From Parcubacteria group bacterium (GTDB lineage Bacteria > Patescibacteriota > Minisyncoccia > Phycocordibacterales > UBA2135), in the NCBI GenBank assembly GCA_016176785.1, contig JACOWN010000006.1, positions 1 through 56,719 of the forward strand: a stretch of DNA of 56,719 nucleotides, given 5' to 3'. A program made the translations under genes and the position numbers. Shown here in pieces: positions 9,094-18,722 of this stretch. The first letter of the stretch is position 1. Each line of letters starts with the position of its first letter. Below the pieces are notes generated by a model. It was not told the DNA's origin, did no database searches, and saw only the letters and a program-made list of their open reading frames with translations.

Positions 9094-9942
9094 CTACCTG
9101 CGCCGCTCGCGGGCGTTCTTGCGCCACGCCATGATGAGCGAATTGGAGTACTTTTTCGGGCGGCGCGTTTTTACGCCGAACGCCTGCTTGCCTTCGCGCG
9201 TTTTTGGTCCGCGCCGCAAACCGGTCCCCTGTCGCCCTTCGCCGCCTCCGTGGGGATGATCCACGGGGTTCATGGCCGTTCCGCGCACGGTCGGCCGTAT
9301 GCCGCGCCATCGAGCGCGCCCCGCCTTTCCAAGATTGCGCAGTTTGTGTTCCTCATGCGAAACCTCGCCGATGGTCGCCCATACACGGTCGGTGACCTTT
9401 CGGATCTCGCCGGACGGCATTTTAAGCTGCGTGTAGCCGTCGGCGTGCGCGATTATTTCTACGTGGTTACCCGCAGATCGCCCGAGCTTTGCTCCCCCCT
9501 CCGGCTGCACTTCTACATTGTGGACGAACATGCCGACGGGAATGTTCTTAAGACGCGTGCGATTGCCGCCGATAAGCGGCGCTTTCTCGGAGACCACAAC
9601 GGTGCTGCCTGGATGCATGCTTTTTTCCGCGAGAACGTAGCGTTTTTCTCCGTCCGCATAGACGAGGAGCGCGATGAACGCGGAACGATTGGGGTCGTAT
9701 TCGATCGTCGCGACGCGCGCCGGAATGTTCTTTTTTGAATATAAAAAATCAACGTTGCGCGTGAGGCGCTTATGGCCTCCGCCTTTGTGCCGTGTGGAGA
9801 TGCGGCCGCTTGACGAATGACCGGCGGCGCGTGTGCGCCCCCGTACCAGCTTTTTATGCGGTTCCCGCGCCGAAAGAAGGGTGCGATACGCGGGCAGTAT
9901 CGCTCTTCGTTGTCCGGGTGTTGTTGGTTTGAGTTTTTTCAT
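9094..9942 (-). CDS. rplB: 50S ribosomal protein L2
   Basis: ...GTAMNPVDHPHGGGEGRQ... Confidence 0.97.
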   Translation of the reverse strand: MKKLKPTTPGQRRAILPAYRTLLSAREPHKKLVRGRTRAAGHSSSGRISTRHKGGGHKRLTRNVDFLYSKKNIPARVATIEYDPNRSAFIALLVYADGEKRYVLAEKSMHPGSTVVVSEKAPLIGGNRTRLKNIPVGMFVHNVEVQPEGGAKLGRSAGNHVEIIAHADGYTQLKMPSGEIRKVTDRVWATIGEVSHEEHKLRNLGKAGRARWRGIRPTVRGTAMNPVDHPHGGGEGRQGTGLRRGPKTREGKQAFGVKTRRPKKYSNSLIMAWRKNARERRR

Positions 9943-9968
9943 ACGTCGTTAGCGGCTTTAGCGTCAAA

Positions 9969-10364
9969 CTACACGAAGTTAATCCGGTCACCCTCCTTGA
10001 GGAACACGACGGCTTTCCTTCCGCGCGGGCGAATGCCCTCCTTGCCGCGGACACGGATCCGCTTGGGAGGAACGGTTATGACGTGCACGCCGACGGGCGT
10101 CACGCGATAGATCTCGCGGATCGCTTTTTTAATCTCCGTTTTCGTGGCGTCCGCGCGCACCTCAAACGTGTATTCGTTTTCCGTCGTTAAAAACGACGCT
10201 TTCTCCGAAACAAGCGGGCGGAGCAAGACGTGACTGTACCGTTCGCTCTCGGTTTCTTTCAGGGTGGCGCGCCGCGCGGAGCGCGGCTTCACGCGCGTCG
10301 CGGTTTCGGCCGGCTTTTCTTTCTTCTCCGTATTCTTTTTTTTGAATGCGTCCAGGAGAGCCAT
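9969..10364 (-). CDS. rplW: 50S ribosomal protein L23 with a Lys/Glu-rich N-terminal extension
   Basis: Core sequence HVLLRPLVSEKASFLTTENEYTFEVRADATKTEIKKAIREIY, preceded by about 40 charged residues. Confidence 0.93.
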   Translation of the reverse strand: MALLDAFKKKNTEKKEKPAETATRVKPRSARRATLKETESERYSHVLLRPLVSEKASFLTTENEYTFEVRADATKTEIKKAIREIYRVTPVGVHVITVPPKRIRVRGKEGIRPRGRKAVVFLKEGDRINFV

Positions 10365-10373
10365 AAAAATTCA

Positions 10374-11030
10374 TTACGCGCGCGATGATAACGCCTCAAA
10401 ACTTTTTTCCGGGTCAACAATGACAATATGTTTATATTGCAAAATCGTTCCCGCGGTGAGCATGGACGCGGAAACAAGCGCCGCATGCGGAATGTTCCGA
10501 AAACCTCGGCGTACGGGCTCTGAAACGGCGGGAAGGACGAAAAGAACTGCGTGCCGTTTCTTCAAGAGACCGTCCCCGTCCGCATGTTTCACCGCTCCGT
10601 GAAGCGCCGTGCGCGCCGCGCGTGTTTTTGGTTCGGAAAGCGTCAAGGACTCGAGGAATGACATTTCCCCGCGCCGCATCTTTTCCGCAAGGACGGTGAA
10701 AAGCGCTCTCAGTTTTGCGGCACGGTTCATTTTTTTTGTGAATGAGCGTTCCGCGCGGGGTCCGAACGTCGTTCCGCCGCCGCGCCACAGAGGAGAGCGT
10801 ATGGAACCGTGGCGCGCGCGGCCCGTTCCTTTTTGACGCCACGGCTTTTTGCCGCCGCCTCTGACCTCGCTCCGGTCTTTCGTGTGCGCCACTGCAGGGC
10901 GCGCGTTTGAAGCGGCGGACACCACCGCTTCATGGACGAGGTCGGCATTCCAGGGCACGCCGAAAATGCGCTCCGGCAACGAAACCGACCCCGCTGCCTG
11001 TCCGTTTTGATTGTAAAGTTTTGCTTCCAT
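10374..11030 (-). CDS. rplD: 50S ribosomal protein L4
   Basis: ...THTKDRSEVRGGGKKPWRQKGTGRARHGSIRSPLWRGGG. Confidence 0.96.
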   Translation of the reverse strand: MEAKLYNQNGQAAGSVSLPERIFGVPWNADLVHEAVVSAASNARPAVAHTKDRSEVRGGGKKPWRQKGTGRARHGSIRSPLWRGGGTTFGPRAERSFTKKMNRAAKLRALFTVLAEKMRRGEMSFLESLTLSEPKTRAARTALHGAVKHADGDGLLKKRHAVLFVLPAVSEPVRRGFRNIPHAALVSASMLTAGTILQYKHIVIVDPEKSFEALSSRA

Positions 11031-11055
11031 ACGCGACGGTTTTCAAAATTAAAAA

Positions 11056-11667
11056 TTACGAGACGCTTCGGATCTCGAGTAACGTTCCGCGCCTGCCGGG
11101 GACGGCGCCCGACACGACCATCCCGTTCGTCTCCGGGTCCACGGCGAGCACCGTAAGGTTCTTCACGGTTATCCGCGTCTCTCCCATTTTGCCGGCCATA
11201 CGCTTGCCCTTGAGGACGCGCTGCGGCCACGTCGCGCCGATCGAACCCGCCTCGCGTTCGGAGTGTTTCTGACCGTGTGTGCGCGGCCCGCCCTTAAATC
11301 CGTGGCGCTTCACGACGCCTTGAAATCCCTTGCCTTTCGTGATGCCGCTCACCAAAACCTTGTCCCCCGGCGAAAATTCGGATACGAGAACTTCCTGACC
11401 GAGGGAAAACGGGCTCGCATCGGGGAGCCGGAACTCTCTCACGTGGCGCGGCGCGGCGTTTGATCTTCCAAAATGTCCCTTCTCGGGCTTTGAGAGGCGT
11501 TTTTTGTTCCCCATGCCGACCTGAACGGCCGTGTATCCTTCTTTTTCCTTCGTCCGCACCGCCGTGACCGTCATCGGGGTTGCAGATAAAACAGTGGCGG
11601 GGATTGCTTGCCCGCTTTCACTCAAATATTGGATCATGTATTGCTTTGTCGCTAAAGCAAATTTCAT
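11056..11667 (-). CDS. rplC: 50S ribosomal protein L3
   Basis: ...GITKGKGFQGVVKRHGFKGGPRTHGQKHSEREAGSIG. Confidence 0.96.
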   Translation of the reverse strand: MKFALATKQYMIQYLSESGQAIPATVLSATPMTVTAVRTKEKEGYTAVQVGMGNKKRLSKPEKGHFGRSNAAPRHVREFRLPDASPFSLGQEVLVSEFSPGDKVLVSGITKGKGFQGVVKRHGFKGGPRTHGQKHSEREAGSIGATWPQRVLKGKRMAGKMGETRITVKNLTVLAVDPETNGMVVSGAVPGRRGTLLEIRSVS

Positions 11668-11675
11668 ATTTTTGT

Positions 11676-12044
11676 CTATGCCATCTTGACATCAATGTTG
11701 ACTCCCGACGGGAGCGTCAGATTCGTCAGCGCTTCAATCACCTGCGGGTTGGGATTCACGATGTCTATCAGCCGTTTGTGGATCCGCATTTCAAACTGTT
11801 CTCGCGCGTTTTTATACACGAACGACGAACGGTTGACGGTGTATTTTTTGATCTCCGTCGGCAACGGTATCGGGCCGCGGATGTCGGCGTCATATCGGGC
11901 GGCGGTATCAATGATCTGTTTGACGCTCGCATCAAGCAATTTATGCTCATACGCCATGACGCGAATGCGCAAACGCGGCAGAGGCGCTTCTTCTTTTTTC
12001 TTGCGCGGCGCGCGTTTTTTTGTTGTCTTTGTTGCTTCCGCCAT
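11676..12044 (-). CDS. rpsJ: 30S ribosomal protein S10
   Basis: LRIRVMAYEHKLLDASVKQIIDTAARYDADIRGPIPLPT. Confidence 0.96.
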   Translation of the reverse strand: MAEATKTTKKRAPRKKKEEAPLPRLRIRVMAYEHKLLDASVKQIIDTAARYDADIRGPIPLPTEIKKYTVNRSSFVYKNAREQFEMRIHKRLIDIVNPNPQVIEALTNLTLPSGVNIDVKMA

Positions 12045-12180
12045 ATTTCTTAAAATTCCGGTCCGTTCTTCCTTGTTCTTTGGCGTACACGCGGGAGACC
12101 AAAAATTCAGAGGAAGTCCGGGGGTTCTCTTTCCGAGGCGCCGGAACGCCTCCGATGCCCCGTGAAGAAAATCCCGCGGT

Positions 12181-13374
12181 TTATGCGATTATTTTCGTGA
12201 CAACTCCCGCGCCGACGGTCTTGCCTCCCTCGCGGATGGCGAAGCGTTGCTGCTCTTCAAGCGCGACGGGCGCGATCAGTTTGATCTTTGCCTTTACGGT
12301 GTCGCCCGGCATGACCATCTTGACCTCCTCCGGCAACGCGAGTTCGCCGGTAACATCGGTCGTGCGGATGTAAAACTGCGGCTTGTAGCCGGTAAAGAAC
12401 GGCGTATGACGCCCGCCTTCCTCCTTGGTAAGCACATACACTTCCGCATCAAACTCCGTGTGCGGGGTCACGCTGCCGGGTTTGGCAAGCACCTGACCGC
12501 GCGTGATGTCCTCTTTCTTGACGCCGCGAAGAAGAACGCCCGCGTTGTCGCCGGCAAGGCCTTCTTCAAGAGATTTATTGAACATTTCAATTCCGGTAAC
12601 GGTCGTTTTTTGCGTATCTTTGATGCCGACGATCGCAATTTCTTCTCCCACCTTGACCTTGCCGCGTTCAATGCGGCCGGTAACGACTGTCCCGCGGCCT
12701 TCAATGGAGAAAATGTCCTCAACGGGCATGAGAAACGGCTTATTGACGTCGCGTTCCGGCGTTGGGATGTAGGTATCCAGAGCGTCGGCGAGCTCAAGGA
12801 TCTTCTTTGCCCATTCATCATCAACCGATTTCGCCTCAAGCGCCTTGAGCGCAGAACCGCGGATAACCGGCGCCCCTGCGCCGTCAAAATTATACTTGTT
12901 CAAAAGCTCGCGCACCTCTTCTTCAACGAGATCAACCATGTCTTTGTCGGGGACTTGGTCAACTTTATTGAGGAACACGATGATCTTCGGCACGCCCACT
13001 TGTTTTGCAAGAAGAATGTGTTCGCGCGTCTGCGGCATTGCGCCGTCAGTCGCGGCAACGACCAAAATTGCGCCGTCCATCTGCGCAGCGCCCGTGATCA
13101 TGTTTTTGATGTAGTCGGCATGGCCGGGCGCGTCTATGTGCGCATAGTGCCTCTTCGGCGTCTCATACTCATTATGAGAAAGCGCAATGGTAATGCCGCG
13201 CTCCCGCTCTTCGGGCGCATTGTCAATGTCGGCGACGCCGCGCAGTTTGACCTTGTTGCCGGCGAGATTCAAAACATGAAGAATCGCGGCCGTGAGCGTG
13301 GTCTTCCCGTGGTCAACGTGGCCGATGGTGCCGACGTTCACGTGCGGCTTTTCTCGTACAAATACTTCTGCCAT
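12181..13374 (-). CDS. tuf: Elongation factor Tu
   Basis: Start set at [27 protein letters not shown] (ATG at 13372-13374). The 19 upstream codons in the tracked ORF were discarded. Confidence 0.97.
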   Translation of the reverse strand: MAEVFVREKPHVNVGTIGHVDHGKTTLTAAILHVLNLAGNKVKLRGVADIDNAPEERERGITIALSHNEYETPKRHYAHIDAPGHADYIKNMITGAAQMDGAILVVAATDGAMPQTREHILLAKQVGVPKIIVFLNKVDQVPDKDMVDLVEEEVRELLNKYNFDGAGAPVIRGSALKALEAKSVDDEWAKKILELADALDTYIPTPERDVNKPFLMPVEDIFSIEGRGTVVTGRIERGKVKVGEEIAIVGIKDTQKTTVTGIEMFNKSLEEGLAGDNAGVLLRGVKKEDITRGQVLAKPGSVTPHTEFDAEVYVLTKEEGGRHTPFFTGYKPQFYIRTTDVTGELALPEEVKMVMPGDTVKAKIKLIAPVALEEQQRFAIREGGKTVGAGVVTKIIA

Positions 13375-13505
13375 AGTATCGAGCGTATAGCTTTTAGCTG
13401 TTAGCTTATAGTCGTTATTAGTAATAATCAATTATTAATCGGAGCTCTTATGCGCCCTCGGCGCCCGGCTTCCAAACAAAAATCGCGCACAATGCGGTTT
13501 TTCCC

Positions 13506-13533
13506 ACTATAGCAAAACCGTACGAATAGTCAA
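13506..13533 (-). promoter_or_regulatory. Sigma70-like promoter for tuf (TTGACT-N16-TATAGT on the minus strand)
   Basis: The reverse complement reads TTGACTattcgtacggttttgcTATAGT. It lies downstream of the terminator at 13575-13600, about 130 nt upstream of the tuf ATG. Confidence 0.6.
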
Positions 13534-13574
13534 CTCGGGGCAGCCGGCTGCGCAAGAAGAGGTTCGCCCTGACA

Positions 13575-13600
13575 TAAAAAAACGCGCCAAGGGGCGCGTC
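13575..13600 (-). terminator. Rho-independent terminator ending the inserted two-gene cassette
   Basis: The minus strand reads gACGCGCCccttGGCGCGTttttttt, immediately after the stop at 13606. Confidence 0.75.
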
Positions 13601-13605
13601 GTGCC

Positions 13606-13983
13606 TTAAAATGTTCTTTGCCTGTCTGCATCGGCATATTCCTCCCAAAGGCGGAAATTGCCTTTCCTGGTCGGGTTGAGCGGCAGCGTCGCAAAAAGAA
13701 CGCCGTTCCCAAAGCGCCGTTTCAGGGCGCTGAGTGATTTTCCCGGCCACACGATGCCGTGGAAAAACTGGACCCGCACTCTTCCGTGGTAGAGGCGCGC
13801 GATCGCGGACGTTGCCCGCCCTCCGTCGGGCGATGCGAACACGAACTCCAGAGGATGTTTGCGCCGCCATGTCCTCAAATTAAACACCGCGAACGATCCG
13901 CCACCGAGACAGGGAGATTGCTCCGCGAGGGCGGCACGCAGTTCCCGGAGCGTCTCTATCTGATGAACGCTGTACTGCGGCAT
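13606..13983 (-). CDS. Hypothetical protein (125 aa), translationally coupled to the upstream gene
   Basis: MPQYSVHQIETLRELRAALAEQ... Its start ATG overlaps the upstream stop as TGATG at 13981-13985. I recognise no motif. Confidence 0.6.
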   Translation of the reverse strand: MPQYSVHQIETLRELRAALAEQSPCLGGGSFAVFNLRTWRRKHPLEFVFASPDGGRATSAIARLYHGRVRVQFFHGIVWPGKSLSALKRRFGNGVLFATLPLNPTRKGNFRLWEEYADADRQRTF

Positions 13984-14654
13984 CAGTAACCCGCCGAACG
14001 TATGCCCATGCGCGTCGCGCACCGCGCCAGAAAGATGGCGTCAGAGCGGGCATGATTGGGGCGCAGGTCATGCACGTCAATGTCAAGATTTTTCAAACTG
14101 TTGCCGAGGCTCGTCCGCCCTTCCCAAAACGATTTCAGCTGGAGACCTCGCCACCCGAACGGATGCCCCGCCGCGTAGAGGTCAAGGTAGAACTTCCAGA
14201 ACGGCGGGTCAAAAATGGTCGTGTCAAATACCGGCTCTATGTCATGGTCGCCGCGAACAATGTTCGCCCAGCTCACGACCCGCTTTATTGCGAGACCGGA
14301 GGGCGTTCCATTTTTGGTAAGCGCTTGCAGCGCATAGTCGGGGTCCCACCGCCAATCCTCCGGGTCAACCCTCGGGTCGTTACGGTGCTCATACAGGTTG
14401 AAGCAACCGAGTCCACGGCAAGCAATTCTGAGCGCATCTCTGTCAAAGTTAAGTGTGCGCGGCGAGAGTTCCGCATAGAAACACAGGGCGCGCCCAAAAA
14501 GTTCCGCAGGCGACAGCGGGCTGCTCGTGACGACGGCCGCCCCGAGCGCAAGAATGGAGTGTTTGTGCAGGTCAGGGCCTGATGTTCTAAGGTTAATCGC
14601 TATGTACACCGTCGGCCGTACCGAAACCTGCTCCGTGGACACGGTCGGTCCCAT
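13983..14654 (-). CDS. DEDDh / Rv2179c-like 3'-5' exonuclease-fold protein with a degenerate first motif
   Basis: 223 aa. It has an Exo-II-like VFDTTIFDPPFWKFYL and an Exo-III-like PNHARSDAIFLARC (H-x4-D). The DxE position reads IAINLRTSG. Confidence 0.6.
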   Translation of the reverse strand: MGPTVSTEQVSVRPTVYIAINLRTSGPDLHKHSILALGAAVVTSSPLSPAELFGRALCFYAELSPRTLNFDRDALRIACRGLGCFNLYEHRNDPRVDPEDWRWDPDYALQALTKNGTPSGLAIKRVVSWANIVRGDHDIEPVFDTTIFDPPFWKFYLDLYAAGHPFGWRGLQLKSFWEGRTSLGNSLKNLDIDVHDLRPNHARSDAIFLARCATRMGIRSAGY

Positions 14655-14751
14655 GAGCCGCGCTCCTTTCTAATCCGCACGTACAGTACTACAAACCGGC
14701 CCCAAAGAAAAGGCCCTTGAACACCTTGGGCCTTTGATATACCCTAACCCT

Positions 14752-14791
14752 CTTGTTTAATCTTTCTCCCATGGGAGAAAGATTAAACAAG
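14752..14791. repeat. Perfect 40-bp palindrome, copy 1 of a two-member family
   Basis: cttgtttaatctttctccca|tgggagaaagattaaacaag. It lies downstream of the fusA stop and has a relative at 26200-26241. Confidence 0.9.
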
Positions 14792-14914
14792 CAAGGACAT
14801 GCAAGCAAAGATAACTGAGGAAAGGAAAAGAAAAATGGGGGAAAATGCCGGCGCATGTGCGCGTCTTCATCTGCGCCGGTTTTTTGTTTCCACGACCTGC
14901 CGCCCGACATCTGC

Positions 14915-17065
14915 CTATTGCCGCGACGCAACGATGCCCTCCGCCACATGGGTTGGAACGGGGGCGTATTTTGAAAACTCCATCGTGTAAGTGCCGCGGC
15001 CTTCGGTCATGGACCGCAGCGTCGTAATATAGCCGAACATTTCGGCAAGCGGCACCTTGGCGCGGATAGCGCGCAAATTCCCGCGTTCGTCCATCCGTTC
15101 AACTTGCCCGCGCTTTGAATTGAGGTGGCCCGTTACGTCGCCCATGAAATGCTCCGGCACCACGACTTCAACATCCATGATCGGTTCAAGCAATATCGGC
15201 TTTGCACGGCGCGCCGCATCCTGAAACGCCATGGAGCCGGCGATCTTGAACGCAATTTCCGAAGAGTCAACCTCGTGATAGGTGCCGTCGAAAAGATCAA
15301 CGGAGACGTCAACGACCGGATATCCCGCGACAATGCCCCGCTCCATCGCTTCACGGATGCCTTTTTCTGCCGCGGGAATATACTCCTGCGGGATAACGCC
15401 TCCCTTGATGCTGTTGACGAACTCAAAACCGTCTTCGCGTTTCGTGTTTTTCGGTTTTTTCGCCCCCTCAACGACGGGCTCAAGCGGTTTGATGCGGATC
15501 TTCACGTGGCCGTACTGGCCGCGTCCGCCGGTTTGGCGGATGTACTTGGATTCCGCCTCGGCGGGCGCCGTGATGGTTTCGCGATAGGCGACTTGCGGCG
15601 CGCCGACGTTCGCTTCCACCTTGAACTCGCGCTTCATCCGGTCAACGATGATGTCAAGATGCAATTCGCCCATCCCCCAGATGATCGTTTCCATGGTTTC
15701 GGAGTCGGTCGTCACCTTAAAGGTCGGGTCTTCATCGGAGAGACGGCTGAGCGCGAGACCCATTTTTTCCTGGTCGGCTTTGGTCTTCGGCTCAATGCGC
15801 ATGGACACGACCGGTTCGGCAAATTGTATCTGCTCAAGCACGATCGGTTTATTTTCGTCGCAGAGCGTATGGGATGTTTTGGTCCCTTTGAGGCCGACAG
15901 CCGCGGCGATCTCTCCCGCGAATACGTTGCTCACCTCCTCGCGCGAGTTTGCGTGAAGCCGAACAATGCGCCCAATGCGTTCTTTCTCGCCGGTCGTTGA
16001 GTTGTACACGTACGAACCGGCGGGCAACTTCCCCGAGTACGCGCGAAAGAATGCGAGCTGGCCGACATACGGGTCGGTTTGCAATTTGAACACCAGAGCG
16101 GCGAACGGCTCGTCGTCAGACGCTCGGCGGATCTCCATTGCGCCCGTCGTCGGATTGACGCCCTCAACGGGCGGAACATCAAGCGGCGACGGCAGATAGT
16201 CAATGACGCCGTCCAGCACCAATTGGACCCCCTTGTTCTTGAGCGCCGACCCCGCGAACACGGGATACAGTTCGTTAGAGACGACGGCTTTCCGCAACGC
16301 GCTTTTAAGCTGCGAAAAAGGAATGTTTTTGCCCTCAAGATAGTCGCTCATGAGCGCCTCGTCGTGCTCAACGATCTTTTCAACAAGCTCGTTCCGATAT
16401 TTCCCGGCGGACGCCGCGAGCGCCGCCGGCACCTCGTCCTCGCGCACCGTGTTGCCCATATTGCCCTCAAAGTAGTACGCCTTCATCCGGAGCAGGTCAA
16501 TGACTCCTTCGTGCGCATCCTCTTCGCCGATCGGAATATGCATGCGCACGGCGTTTTTGTTGAGACGCTCGCGGATCGATGCGAATGACTTTTCAAAACT
16601 TGCGCCGGTGCGGTCAAGTTTGTTCACGAAACACACGCGCGGGACGCGGTATTTATCCGCTTGCCGCCATACCGTTTCCGATTGCGGCTCAACGCCGGCG
16701 ACGCCGTCAAACAAGACGACGCCTCCGTCGAGCACGCGAAGCGAGCGTTCAACTTCCGCCGTAAAATCAACGTGGCCGGGCGTGTCTATAATGTTGATGC
16801 GGACTTCTTTTTCTTTGTCGCTTTTTTCCTCGTATGTCGGAGTCCAAAAACACGTCGTTGCCGCCGCGGTGATGGTGATGCCGCGCTCTTTTTCCTGTTC
16901 CATCCAGTCCATGATCGCCTGACCTTCATGCACCTCGCCGATCTTGTGGGAAATGCCGGTATAAAAAAGAATCCGTTCCGTCGTGGTGGTTTTCCCCGCG
17001 TCTATATGAGCAATAATGCCTATGTTCCGTACCCGAGAAAGGGGGTAATGACGTTCATCCGCCAT
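14915..17065 (-). CDS. fusA: Elongation factor G
   Basis: [25 protein letters not shown]...[13 protein letters not shown]. 716 aa. Confidence 0.97.
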   Translation of the reverse strand: MADERHYPLSRVRNIGIIAHIDAGKTTTTERILFYTGISHKIGEVHEGQAIMDWMEQEKERGITITAAATTCFWTPTYEEKSDKEKEVRINIIDTPGHVDFTAEVERSLRVLDGGVVLFDGVAGVEPQSETVWRQADKYRVPRVCFVNKLDRTGASFEKSFASIRERLNKNAVRMHIPIGEEDAHEGVIDLLRMKAYYFEGNMGNTVREDEVPAALAASAGKYRNELVEKIVEHDEALMSDYLEGKNIPFSQLKSALRKAVVSNELYPVFAGSALKNKGVQLVLDGVIDYLPSPLDVPPVEGVNPTTGAMEIRRASDDEPFAALVFKLQTDPYVGQLAFFRAYSGKLPAGSYVYNSTTGEKERIGRIVRLHANSREEVSNVFAGEIAAAVGLKGTKTSHTLCDENKPIVLEQIQFAEPVVSMRIEPKTKADQEKMGLALSRLSDEDPTFKVTTDSETMETIIWGMGELHLDIIVDRMKREFKVEANVGAPQVAYRETITAPAEAESKYIRQTGGRGQYGHVKIRIKPLEPVVEGAKKPKNTKREDGFEFVNSIKGGVIPQEYIPAAEKGIREAMERGIVAGYPVVDVSVDLFDGTYHEVDSSEIAFKIAGSMAFQDAARRAKPILLEPIMDVEVVVPEHFMGDVTGHLNSKRGQVERMDERGNLRAIRAKVPLAEMFGYITTLRSMTEGRGTYTMEFSKYAPVPTHVAEGIVASRQ

Positions 17066-17086
17066 ACGAATAGAAAAAAGTTAGAT

Positions 17087-17557
17087 TCAGCGCGCGAAGT
17101 GCGCAAACGCCTTATTCGCCTCCGCTTGTTTGTGCACATTGACCCTCTTCTGCACCGCTTCTCCTTCATTTTTCGCGGCAAGAGCGATCTCCTGCGCGAG
17201 TTTTACATGCATCGGCTTGCCTTTCTTCGCCCGCGCCGCGTCCAAAAGCCACCGCATCGCAAGCGCAAGCCGCCGCTCGGGGCGCACTTCGCGCGGCACG
17301 GTGTAGTTCGCGCCGCCGACGCGGCGCGAGCGCACCTCAACCGCGGGGCCAACGTTGCGGAGCGCCTGCTCAAAAGCTTCAAGGGGGTTGTCCGCCTTTT
17401 CGTTTTTTTTGATCTCCGCGAACGCATCGTACACGATCTTCCGGGCAACGGACTTTTTGCCGCGCTTCATCACGCAATTAATAAGCTTCTCCACTTTTGC
17501 GGAATTGTAGAGATGGTCCGGCGATATCGCGTGTCGTTTTTTTACTGGTCGTCTCAT
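17087..17557 (-). CDS. rpsG: 30S ribosomal protein S7
   Basis: ...[27 protein letters not shown]... Confidence 0.96.
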   Translation of the reverse strand: MRRPVKKRHAISPDHLYNSAKVEKLINCVMKRGKKSVARKIVYDAFAEIKKNEKADNPLEAFEQALRNVGPAVEVRSRRVGGANYTVPREVRPERRLALAMRWLLDAARAKKGKPMHVKLAQEIALAAKNEGEAVQKRVNVHKQAEANKAFAHFAR

Positions 17558-17636
17558 GTGTAAATGAAAAGATTTTGCGAAAGTTTATAGTTATGAGGGC
17601 CGGGAGAGATACAATATAGCCGCGGTGCTCTTTATT

Positions 17637-18044
17637 TTATTTCGGCCTCTTCGCCCCGTACAAACTCCGTCCTTGTTTGCGTTTTTCAACCCCTGCGGTG
17701 TCAAGCACGCCGCGTACGATCGTGTACCGCACGCCGATATCCTTCACCTTGCCGCCGCGCACCAAAACGACCGCGTGCTCCTGCAAATTGTGGCCTTCGC
17801 CGGGGATATACGCGGTGATTTCCTGTCCGTTGGTCAAACGCACGCGCGCGATCTTCCGCACCGCGGAGTTCGGCTTGCGCGGCGTTGTGGTGCGGACGGA
17901 AATGCATACCCCCCGCTTAAACGGCGACGGATACAGCATGGGGCGGTTCTTGAGCACGTTAAACCCGCGGCTGAGCGTTGCCGTTTTGGATTTTCGTACC
18001 ACCTTTTTGCGCTTTCGTTTTACGAGTTGGTGTATCGTTGTCAT
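17637..18044 (-). CDS. rpsL: 30S ribosomal protein S12
   Basis: An internal ATG gives [15 protein letters not shown]...[38 protein letters not shown]. The upstream extension was discarded. Confidence 0.95.
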   Translation of the reverse strand: MTTIHQLVKRKRKKVVRKSKTATLSRGFNVLKNRPMLYPSPFKRGVCISVRTTTPRKPNSAVRKIARVRLTNGQEITAYIPGEGHNLQEHAVVLVRGGKVKDIGVRYTIVRGVLDTAGVEKRKQGRSLYGAKRPK

Positions 18045-18101
18045 GCCAAAAAATAACGAGCGCCGAACGAATACCGACAGGAATGTGTTCGCGTCGCTTC
18101 T

Positions 18102-18130
18102 TGTATAACGCATCTTTACTGACGCGTCAA
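18102..18130 (-). promoter_or_regulatory. Sigma70-like promoter for rpsL-rpsG-fusA (TTGACG-N17-TATACA)
   Basis: The reverse complement reads TTGACGcgtcagtaaagatgcgtTATACA, about 60 nt upstream of the rpsL ATG. Confidence 0.55.
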
Positions 18131-18195
18131 CATAAAAGAAAAGTACTTGGGGCCGCCAAGTAACCTCCACTGTACTATGAACCGGCCCGCAACGC

Positions 18196-18217
18196 AAGAA
18201 AAAAGCCCCGAGGGGCT
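18196..18217 (-). terminator. Rho-independent terminator after the 18218-18637 ORF
   Basis: The minus strand reads AAAGCCCCtcGGGGCTTTTTTc, directly after the TAA stop. Confidence 0.7.
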
Positions 18218-18637
18218 TTATCGACCGCGGAGCATGGTAACCTCGTTCCGAGGAACGGCGACATAGACGAACACCGCATCCTCCGTCGGCCGCCGGACCG
18301 TGAGCGCGAGAAAAACAACCTCGTACGCAGCGACGAATGCGTCGCTAAATATCTGAGAAAGGAAAAATTGTTCGCGGTCAGTGTCAAACGCATCCGTTAC
18401 GCCAACGACGACCTTCAGGGGATCGCGCACGCACGCGGTCGCCGAAAGGTCTATGACGACCACGTCCGCGTGCGTGCGATACGTGTACATCTGGCGCGCG
18501 ACGGCAGGGAGCGACCGCAGGTCATACAAACCGATATCGGCGCACTGGCGCACCGTTCGTTGAGGCAAAGAAGCGGCGGAAGCCGCGCCGAGCGCGAGGA
18601 AACACGCGGCAAGCGCGCCGAACAGAAAACGGAACAT
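18218..18637 (-). CDS. Secreted hypothetical protein (139 aa) with an N-terminal signal peptide
   Basis: [26 protein letters not shown]... Confidence 0.6.
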   Translation of the reverse strand: MFRFLFGALAACFLALGAASAASLPQRTVRQCADIGLYDLRSLPAVARQMYTYRTHADVVVIDLSATACVRDPLKVVVGVTDAFDTDREQFFLSQIFSDAFVAAYEVVFLALTVRRPTEDAVFVYVAVPRNEVTMLRGR

Positions 18638-18722
18638 GTGAGAGACCTCTCACGTCAAGTTTGCGCGACGCGCAGCGGTTCTTCTTCCAGTGTACGCGCG
18701 CATGCGGCAAATACAAGCGCGG

